DNA from: Sphagnum compactum
Taxonomy: Eukaryota
Assembly (NCBI GenBank): GCA_965153455.1
Contig: OZ234493.1
Coordinates: forward strand, 5,642,001 to 5,706,000
Direction: 5' to 3'
Length of the DNA stretch: 64,000 nucleotides
Under the pieces are notes generated by a model. The model was given only the letters and a program-made list of their open reading frames with translations, was not told the DNA's origin and ran no database searches. The position numbers were made by a program, and so were the translations under genes. This document shows, one piece after another, positions 38,501-48,722 of the stretch. Position 1 is the stretch's first letter; every line of letters starts with the position of its first letter.

Positions 38501-41500
38501 GGCATAGATGGTGCCAAAGATGCGAACATGAGTTCTATTTTCACTTGGGCAAGGTCCTTTCCAATAGCTAACAATTGATAGCAAGAATCGGATGGAAGTT
38601 TGGAGGCATGTCCACCAACACTCAAGGTCCTTTAAAAAATCCAAGCTTTTCAAACTCAACTCATAGCAATATGGACAAAAGGAATTTCTTGCTTCCTCTA
38701 GAGGAATGGTTTTCATCTCCTAAAAGTTGATACATTTTCCCATCCACACTACCTCGTGTTACAAACAACTGATCTAATTGTAATTGAATTAATTGTTTAG
38801 GAGATCCTTGTCACCTAACTTAGAAAAAGATGTTACAATCTCCCATGAAGAAGACTTCAAAGTTACACTAGACAATTTGTTAGGAATATATTGTATTGTG
38901 ATTTAGAAGAATGCCCACCAAATTTTCAGCACTTCACATTACAAAAACCCACATTGCCATCACATTCTGTGCACTCTCCACCCCCTTTTCAGCCATGCAT
39001 GTTGGTGTTGAGGATTTCTATTTCTTGGCAAAATGTTGCAATATTGCTTTTCCCACCACCCATGCCCATAACCACATCTAGTTTTGTGCATTTCTTTTGT
39101 GCAACCGCAACAACACAAATGTGTGTTGCTACCCTCACTACTTGTGACTTACATCCTAATGACATCCCATTCCTCAAGTTCAAGACTTGTAATACATTGC
39201 CCATTGACCTCTTGTTGACTTACTGAAATATTAATCATGTTCAACCCTTGCAAGATGGGGTTGGTTGTGACCTCCCTCCCAACAACTTTTCCCAAGAGCT
39301 CCAAGTGGACCCAAGAAAGAAAAGAACACTTAATTAAGGTGGGGGATCTAAGGCTTTAACACCATTGATTTTGGTGTTGTTGACAAAGCTAACAACCTTT
39401 TTGAAAACTTATGGATACAACACCTCCAAGGAGTCGACATAGACACTCACCATACTCTAAAAGGCAACGCTCAAATGCATCCACAAGCATCAAAGTTGTA
39501 GCAAGCTCCCCAACAACAAAAGTTTTATTAGATGCACAATGCAATCAACACTTGAGCATATATTGGCAAGGAGTTTATTTCTTTCAACACTAAGGAATAG
39601 GATATTTCTTGAGGTTGCATGGACTTTCTCCCCATCAAGAGCCCTCATTCCATGAAAGACCTTAATGCCTGGTTCATCATTTTAGGAGCCCTATTCCCCT
39701 AGTTTCCATGGTGTTCACCAAAATGCCTTTAGTTAGAGTTTTGGGTTCATTCCCTCTCACCAATTCTCACCTTTTCTTTGCACCTTTTCTTTTCTTTGTT
39801 TTCGAGTGATTCCCCTCCCAACCTTTGGCTTTTGTTCCTAGTTCTTGATTGATTTTGTTTCCTTCAAATGATGAAATTTTTCAATTGCATCTAGAAACAA
39901 GCTAGCATATGTTGTTGACACCAACTACGTGTGGAGGACAAATGGTGGAAAAGATTGATCTCCCCTTTGAATCTTCATCACTTACCTTAAAGAACAAATT
40001 TCAATTGCATTCCCAAATTGCAAGCAAACTTTCACCACCTTTTGTGTCCAACAAGTGCACTTGAGTTAACTAACTATATCTTTCACTTCCACCCTTTGGG
40101 GGACCCTTGCCCATTCCCACTTCTCATTTATTATGAGTCCTTGAATTATGATACTTGAATCCGCACTCCTATGCACTACTAGTGGCAGTGAAATGATAAA
40201 AAACAAATAAGGGTTTACATTTGAAATTTTTGTTATTTTCGAATATATAAAAAATTCAAAGTGTACAAAATATTGTTCAATTATCATCCATAGCGAGATT
40301 TAATTATCCACCCATGTTCTTTATTCATTGAAATTTTGGAAGCAATTAGGGTGGATAAGCATTAAATCAACTAAGCAAGTGAAGATTAAATCCTTGAAAT
40401 AGGTATTTAAAAGAGAAAATTTTATTGGAAACTAACTTAATATCAACATGTTGAAATAAAATAACACATATTTACATTTGTATGAAATTACATGTGAACA
40501 TATGTATGAAATTGGAAAGACACAAAGATTCAAAAAAATATTTGAAAAAACACAAAGATTCCAAAAGACATTGACAAAAATAAAAAGATTTGTTTCATCT
40601 TTCAATATTTTAGGATCTATAAGGACATTTTGAAACATTACAACTTGTAAAATGTTTATTTTTAAAAAAATCCGATTTGAAATCGACCTCTAATAAATTT
40701 GCAATTTGAAATTATCTTTTTATATGACCTATGACTATAGCCCATCCCACCTAAACCAACTTTGATGAAATCATTGGTCACTAGAATTTTATTTTGGCTT
40801 TCAAATTTGACCATAGGAAATGATAAATTTGGATTTAAAAACCCTAATTTGGTGTTGAAACTAAAAAAAAATCCAAAATAAATGGTCAAACATTTGAGGA
40901 AAAAAAACTTTTGACCAAAAAATTCAACACTTTTTGAGCCAACTTATTAATTGTGAAAAAGGGTTTCATCATTGTTATATAATTTGTACAGTTTTGTAAA
41001 CATGTGTCATTAGTAAATGCTAAATTTTTTTGGCGATCCTCTCTAATTAAGGTGCCAATTGCCCATCACCGATCATTACCTTATAGTCAACATCTCTTTA
41101 GATCTTTGTTATCTGCGCTTCATTTATTTTGAGTGATTTAAAATGTTATGGGAACGTTAACTCAAGCTCTAGAAATCATCTTTGAAGCGCAAACAAAAAG
41201 TAATAATGAAAACTAATAAGAAGAAAAATAAACTTTCCAACTCACAAAATGTGTTTTTAAAAACAATTCTTCTCATTGGACCCCTCCTTCTTTCAATGCT
41301 TTTAACTTTCTCATTTCTTGTTCATTTTAAACAATTTACAGTGCTATTGGAGCGCCACCTTTAGTTCTACAAATCATCTTTGAACTCTAATAGCAATGGA
41401 GCAACATACAAGAATGTTTTGGGTGTTTGGGAACTGGCTCTGTGATTTTTCTTTTTTTTGAGTTCTTGACCCCCTCTACTTTGGGGGGTCGTAACTTTCT

Positions 41501-42139
41501 CATTTTTAAACTGTCTTTGACAATCTTTAGTGCATCAGATGCGCCAAGAGGAGGCGTTCAAGTTTTGTTTCAGCACCAGAAACAACTGAGCTCTCCCCCC
41601 TTGAATCCGGCTTGCTTTGAGCACTTAAGTGTTCGCTCACTGGCCGTTCTACCCTAAAGCCCACCCAGGTTTTAAATAAAATCCAACAAGCTGGGTTCTT
41701 TTTTCTTCTCTTCAATTTTGTGATGTAACCCAAACTGGGTATCATCCCAAAGAGGATTTAGCCAAATCTGGCTACACAGGGTTTCTTCTTTTCTTTTCTT
41801 TTTTTCCCTCCCCTCTCAATTTTGTGGCATGAAAAATGTGGTGGGTGAAACCATTTAAAATCAGCAAAATTAGTCGAATTTACATTTAATTTCCCAGACT
41901 TTTTTGTTATAAAAACGGCAAATTTGACCCCCAAAAAAGTCACTGAGACCGTATGTGAACGTAAATAAATTTAAGAATATTTTAATATTCCGGCTAGCTG
42001 AAATACGGCGATTAAGTTTTTGTCTATTTATTCGAAATCCGGCGAGTTAGGGACCTTTTTTTCCACAAAAATCCCTTCGGATACGTCGAAATCATATTTT
42101 TCAGGTCGAAAAAATGCGAAAATTCAGAACGCCATTTTT

Positions 42140-42237
42140 CGACCGTTCGATCGAAATCTGGACGACTGAGGGATGCTTTCTGGTCGATCCGAGTGAACAC
42201 ACGCTATTGGCCTTCTCCTCTGTTTGCAGTATAAATA
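42140..42237 (+). promoter_or_regulatory. H2A promoter: histone-promoter-like CCGTTCGATC element, inverted CCAAT, TATA box
   Basis: GACCGTTCGATC 42141-42152, ATTGG about 42206, TATAAATA 42230-42237, about 200 bp upstream of the ATG. Confidence 0.55.
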
Positions 42238-42437
42238 GTGCATTGTTGTTCCTGCTGCTGCGCGCGTGCAGATCCTTTGAATTCGTATTTTCGCCGATTG
42301 CTACCCCGCTCGACTGTCGCTGAAATTTCTAGTCGCTCTTTCTCTGTTGCTTGCGCCCTTCCTATTGTCTTCGCTTAGATCTATTGTGACTTGTTTGTTT
42401 TGTGGATTTTTGTTTTACGTTTTTGTCGTCTGCGACC

Positions 42438-43362
42438 ATGTCGGGAAGAGGAAAGAGCTCCGGGAAGAAGGTTATGTCGCGTTCCACCAAGGCTGGGCTA
42501 CAGTTTCCCGTGGGAAGGATTGCAAGGTTCTTGAAGGCTGGGAAGTACTCTACCAGAGTCGGGGCGGGCGCTCCTGTTTATCTTGCTGCAGTGTTGGAGT
42601 ATCTTGCTGCTGAGGTATGTCTGGTTTACTCTTATTTAAATTTTAGTCGGTGCGCTGAATCCAATCTGCAAGAAATAGCCTCAGAGTCCTATGTGTAGCT
42701 TGCAGCACAATCAATCATTAAAAAAAACTCGCCAACTAACGAGAGAAGTGGAGTGTTACTGCGGTTGAAGAAATGTGCGCCTATCAGTCAGAAAGAAATA
42801 GGCTCAGAGTCCAACTCGCAGCATAATCGCTCGTAAGAACTTCTTATCAATAAATGAAGAGGAGAGTGTTAAGCGTTAACGCAGATGAAGGAACGGCGAA
42901 TCAGGTGTACTCTTATTTTAGTCGGTATGCAGAATCGAGTTCTTATTCGTCGGGGAAAATATGAGCTCAGAGTCCTGTTCGGAGCTTGCTGCGTAAAACT
43001 ACTCGTCAATTAAAAAAACAATGGAGAGCGTTGAGCGCTAACGCGGTTGAAGAAATGTACGCTAAACCGAATTATTGATTCGTCTCAGAAACATTCTTTT
43101 CGTTGTACTGATTTGTCTTTCTGTTTCAATCTGCGTTTCTCAGGTGCTGGAGTTGGCTGGGAATGCATCCCGAGATAACAAGAAGACAAGAATCGTGCCT
43201 CGTCACATCCAACTGGCAGTAAGAAACGATGAAGAACTGAGCAGGCTACTAGGACAGGTGACGATTGCCAACGGAGGAGTGCTTCCAAACATCCACTCAA
43301 TCTTGCTTCCAAAGAAATCTGGAGGAACTGGCAAACCTGGCAAGGCAGGTTCTCCAGAGTGA
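42438..43362 (+). CDS. H2A: Histone H2A, 2 exons, 131 aa
   Basis: Exons 42438-42614 and 43144-43362, intron at the conserved plant LAAE|VLEL site. [69 protein letters not shown]; tail [16 protein letters not shown]. Confidence 0.98.
42628..43062. repeat. Three diverged ~130-150 bp tandem units making up most of the H2A intron
   Basis: Each unit carries CTCAGAGTCC (about 42680, 42803, 42966) and a GC(G/A)GxTGAAG motif. Units 1 and 3 also share TACTCTTATTT..TAGTCGGT and GCGGTTGAAGAAATGT. Confidence 0.75.
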
Positions 43363-43404
43363 AAAATCTTGGAAGGATTGTTACCTTACCATTTCTCCTT
43401 CACT

Positions 43405-43430
43405 CAAATGGTGTTTTTAAACACCACCTA
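43405..43430 (+). other. Histone 3'-UTR stem-loop (histone3/SLBP-binding type)
   Basis: CAAAT GGTGTT TTTA AACACC ACCTA: 6-bp stem (43410-43415/43420-43425) opening with GG, U-A closing pair, 4-nt UUUA loop, A-rich 5' flank, ACC 3' flank; 47 nt after the H2A stop. Confidence 0.75.
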
Positions 43431-43842
43431 ACAAAAGTTTGATATCAGCTTTGGAACTTGTTTAATGTATTCATTCAATTTCATTTGCAGATAGATTACT
43501 TGAGCTCTATGAGCTTCTTCCAATTTGCTATGGCTCATGGTGTGCACACAGAAAGAGATGTTCTGATGCAGAGTTGGAGGTGGGAATGAAGCACATCCCT
43601 AGCAGGCTCTGCTCAGCAAGTGAGTGCAAAAATACTTTGATTTCAGTCTTATTAATGCACTTATGCAGAAAAAAATCCTGCAAGAATGTTCTCTCAAGAG
43701 ACATTGAAATTGGTTTGTGCAGATATATGCATATAGTACATGGGCACCTTGCAAACACTAGATTTAGAGCTTTGATTTTTCTCTCATTTTATTTAATTGC
43801 CTCATATGGTGGATAGAGCTTCCTTTGTTGCTCTCTCAACTC

Positions 43843-46800
43843 TCAGATGACTGGAGCCTCCTTCTGAGATCCTTGCAACTGCATCATACACTCCTGTAAA
43901 GAAAACACTGATTATATGATACACTGATTTGTCTCTGTTAAAACCTGAATAGCATCAACACTTGAGAGAAGTTTATGTAGAGAATGTATTTGTCAGAAAT
44001 GAAACACAATGTTCTGTGTTGTTGGGAGAAATGTTACACCTTGATTGAAGCCATTTTTGCCCGCAGACTTTGCTCAATTTGATCCCTGGCCATTAGGACT
44101 GGTACATCAATAACCATGCATTCTCCTAATGCTGTTTGAGGTGGCTCAAGATCAAACATGCCATTTGCCCTGGTTCCTCCTGAAGATCTTGGCAAACTCC
44201 CTGGCACATTCAAACACTCACGCATGTCTCCCTGTACTGCCAAGAAAATGATGATTAGAGCTTGTCAGATCATATGCATGGCAAGAGGCATTTAAGACAT
44301 AGGGAAACATCAAGAATTCATGCATCATTATACAGAGAAAAAATTCTGAATGAATCATTTGATCAACTTCATTGAAGGGGAGAGATTCCTCAGAATACAT
44401 GCCTGCATGGTTCTTAACATATTCCTCAAATCTGTGTTCTCTGTAATGAGCTCCTGCTTTTGGGCCTCATATGCATCAACCTGCAGGGACATAGATCTCC
44501 ATAAAACATGATATCTTGGGGAGCTGGAAAGCTGTTTCTCCATTTCCAGTTGATCTACTCTACTGCAAAAATACATGAAAATACTGATGAAATAGGCTTA
44601 CAATCATTTTACAGAAGTCCCCATCTGCTTTCTTGTTGAGCAATGTTCCCCTTTGCTTGCCTTCCTTCTGTTGAATAGCAACGAGATGAGGTTCTGGAAG
44701 TTCTTAGACTCAAATATTGGATTTCACCCAGGATGTGAAGGAAGATTTGCCCTTGACCAAAGAAATTATTCCATCTGAGACCAAATGGTAAGGGTTTGCA
44801 ACCATAATGGAGTTCTACTCTTTTTCTACACTTAAATAGTGCAGGTAATAATTATGAGAGGCAGGTGCATGCCTGTAGTGAGCTCAAGATGTCCATGCTA
44901 TTCTTCACCTCTTTCTTCCTCTCCAGCAACACCTGGTTAAGTCGCTCCTATAACATGGAACAAAATTCTACTGTCAGAAATGCATAATTGCCTTTGCTCT
45001 TTGATATTGATCAAAAGTGGAGGATGACTATATACAATCACTTTCCTTACATTTGTACATCAGATTTGTAAAGCAGGTTCATAAAGCATAAACTGACAAT
45101 GACAGAGTGGAACTCAGGACAATTGTTAGCAGGCTAAATGCAGTGTGACCTACAAAACATCAAGATGAAAGGAAAGAACAATGCACCACTAGAGTAAACT
45201 CCTGTACCTGTAACTTGACAAAGTCTTTTTCTTTCTTCTTCAACTCATGCATCTGCTGAATTCTTACTTGCTATACACAAACCAGCCCATCCCCAAAATA
45301 GATTAGAACATTCATCCAATAGTCTGACTTTATTCGAATAGCCATTAGCTTCAGATAAATTTTGGCAGCACATAACATCTTTGCACATGGTGATCAACAT
45401 GAGAGTGACCTGTGGAATCCATTCAGGTCTCAACATGCAACCTATACCTGAGTGCTGATCACCATGCGCTGGAACTCATCTTTCTCATGTTGGAGCCTTG
45501 CCAGCTGTGCCCTGTTAGCAGCTGCTGCCTTTTGCTCCTGGTACAAAGGACTGTTCCCTTGTTATTAAAGTCTGAAACTCATCTAGGGCCCTTCCGGAGA
45601 TAACAAAAATCCCAAGTCATCAAGTTGCATCAACATCTTCTGTCACAGTGCCTTTAATCTTGACCAGGTCTAGAGATTGTGAAAAAACCTTGGTTGTCAA
45701 TGCTTGCAATTCCCGCTCCTTGCTAGCAAGTTGGTCAGTGAGTCTCTCTACTTTAGCCTCAAGCCTTGACATGTCTGACATCAACCTGATCCATCCATAA
45801 GCAGTGAGGAGTCTGACCAGGAAAAAGACTGACATCTGCAGCTGATGCAGTTTCTAGACCTCAAGAACATGTGGGAGATGGGTAGAAACTCTGAAGATTT
45901 CAAATCAACCAAAGCTTCATCACAAGGATGCCAACAGAATCCTGCATCTTGCTCAGATTCTCATGATCTTACACCAAGGAACTGGTCAATTTCGCTCCTT
46001 GACTAAGCTTCTGTGCTTCTCAGAAAATGGAACCTACCTCTGTCTAGTGTCATTTGCTGTTTCACGGTATTCAATATCACGCTGCCGCTGCTGGATCATT
46101 GAATAAATGCAGTTACATGTGCGCACAATTGAAGCCTGCACATGGGACAAAGATGTAGGTTGATCTTCCCTGTAGCAAATTATATTGGGAGGATTTGCAA
46201 GCATTTCTTACAAAGCCCAATGGGAAAACACTGTTTTGTCATCAACTTAAAAAAAGGTTCTTCAGGAAATACATCAGTTTGATCAGTTGGGAGGAAAATT
46301 GCAAAGCACTCCTTACAGGCTCACTGGAGTAAAAATTGAGTGCTGATGGAAAGCCGAATGTGACCAATGACTGATTGAGGTATTTTATACAGTGATCCAG
46401 ATTGTGAATGTCAGCAAAAGTGTCATCTCTGCAATTTCAAACAGGACATTGCCACCCATCAAATTTTGTATGTGTGCTGCAAAACGAAAGAGGGAATTCT
46501 ATGTCACAGAGATGCTCCACACAAGCTTTTTGGGATCTGTTGGATATATTCTGCTAATACATGTCTGTAAAATCATCTAGACTCTCTCGCTGTCCTACAA
46601 AACATCAGCACAAGATGCCATAAGACTTGAGTTCTTGCTCGCTAGCCTGTGAAAGCTTTTGAGTAGGCAAATGGAGAATCTAACTTGAACCAAAATCCTC
46701 TCCCATGTATCTTCAACAAGAACACAAAGAAAATACATGAACAATTCTGCTACTGCTTGTACTGCTTGTAGGTATGAAGTGTTTAGGGTTTTCTTTGGAA

Positions 46801-47275
46801 TCAGACTGGAGGTGGATTTCAAACCAGCATTTCCCAGAGGGATGAAGAGGCCTGAGAGTGAAGTCATAGGATTGCTTACGCTGTTGTGTAGCTCATATCG
46901 TACGAACCCTGCATGCAACCAAAGTAGCGAATGGAAGGTGACAAAATATTAGATCCGGATCAACTTTGGATTTGTTGTGCATGGGATTGAACAGGCAGTT
47001 TTTTGCAAACAAGAAGCAGCAAACAGAGTTCATGTTGAGATCCTTCTTTCTCAACAAATGGAAATCTCTCAACTGCCTATGAATTGCTCACAGTTCTGAC
47101 TTAGTAGTTGTTGAAGATAATGCGGTGCAATGACATACAACTGGAGAGACAAACTTCTGTGGCTTCAGAGAAGAGTAAGTACAATTGAAATCTATATCCT
47201 GGAAGCAATATGTGAAGAGGAGGGATGGCGACATGGTACCATGTAAGCAGCGTCGGCGGCGTCACCTATTCCCAT
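43843..47275 (-). CDS. Afadin/alpha-actinin-binding (ADIP; SSX2IP/Msd1-like) coiled-coil protein, 12 exons, about 328 aa
   Basis: Exons 5'->3': 47275-47240, 46908-46880, 46428-46317, 46135-46038, 45785-45689, 45537-45448, 45270-45208, 44947-44873, 44667-44602, 44480-44403, 44231-44040, 43893-43843. Motifs FADIHNLDHCIKYLNQSLVTFGFP, RTCNCIYSMIQQRQRDIEYRE, HELKKKEKDFVKLQERLNQVL, VDAYEAQKQELITENTDLR, MARDQIEQSLRAKMASIKE. The first two small exons and the last exon are less certain. Confidence 0.88.
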
Positions 47276-48272
47276 AAGGCACTGTCGTGAGATTGCTCCC
47301 TAAGGAAGGAGTGCTGACTATAGGCGGAGGAAACAGACAGCCATGTGATTGCGAGCCTGTGTTCAAGGACCTGGAAGAGAGGCAGAGAACGGGAAAAAGA
47401 TACAGCAGAGCGCTAATAGCTTTGCAATGCCAGTCGGCTCATCAAAGGCGATGATGAGTAACCAAAAGTCCTCCCAGGACTCTCGACAAGAAGGTCTCGA
47501 GAAGAACTACGATGAGCGTGTACTGTACAGGTCTGCAACAGCGATCGTTTACCAGACCAGAGCGAGCTCTCTGGCTACCCCGCAGAAAAATGCACATTCA
47601 CAACAATGACGATCGCAAATGCTATCATCCACAACAAAATGACAATCAGGGAATGTAATTCAGTTTCCAAATGCGAAGAATTTTTTTTCTCGACGACAGA
47701 AACAAACGACGACGATGCCTTGGGACACTGGAGAAAACAACGCACAGACACACACAACACAACGACAACAACAACGAAAGATTAGGTTGCAAAAACAGGA
47801 AATGAATTTTTTTCAAAAACCCGCAGAATCAAACTGATCCAGAGAAGCGAACACAACACTGTTGTGGAAGTAACAAGCGCCGATATCTGATGAGAGAGAG
47901 AGAGAGAGAAACTCAGCCGATATATTTTTTTATACCCAAATTTTTTATAAAAAAACAACAACAACAATAAAAGGCCGTATCTCAGGGCGCAGGGCATCAA
48001 ATGAGACGAAACTTGGACCGATAGAAGCGCCTGCAAACACAGGTCCCGATGCAATAACCATGGAGCAAGAACTGGGGCCACAAGCTTCAATACCTGGCGA
48101 TGGAAAGGGCACACCAGCAGAGGTAGAGACAAAGCGCCGACGCACGCGGATCTGAAGGTGGGAGAGGCGGGGGAGAGCGCTCCCGGGGGCAGGGGGCCTG
48201 GTAACCGGCAATCTCCGGTCGCCAACTAGCGGCCCTACTAGTTACCGCCTAAGACAGCACGTTCTTTACAGG

Positions 48273-48722
48273 GGGGGAACGCGTTCTTTTCAGTGGAGCA
48301 GTTACTAAGTTACTACTACGTAAAAAGTGAAAAGTAAAAACCTGTTCATGTTATTTTTAGCCTTTATTCTTCTTTAGGGTAAATTCTGGGGAACGCGTCC
48401 TTTTCAGCGTACCAAGTTACTAGTTACTACTATGTAAAAAGTGAAAAGTAAAAACCGGTTCACGTTTTTTTAGCCATTGTTCATCTTTAGGGTAAAAATT
48501 CTGGGGAACGCGTTCTTTTCAGAGTAGCAAGTTACTAGTTACTACTACGTAAATGAAAAAATACTTGTTCCTGTTTTTTTTGCCTTTGTTCTTTTAGGGA
48601 AAATTGTGGGGAACGCGCTCTTTTCAGTGGAGCAGTTACTAGTTACTATTATGTAAAAAGTAATTTTAAAAAAACCTGTTCCTGTTTTTTTGCCTTTTTT
48701 CTTTAGGGCAAATTTATGGGGG
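48273..48722. repeat. About 105-116 bp tandem repeat, 4 copies, upstream of the ADIP gene
   Basis: GGGGAACGCGxxCTTTTCAG..AGTTACTAGTTACTACTAxGTAAA..TTTAGGG starts at about 48274, 48387, 48503 and 48608. Confidence 0.9.
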
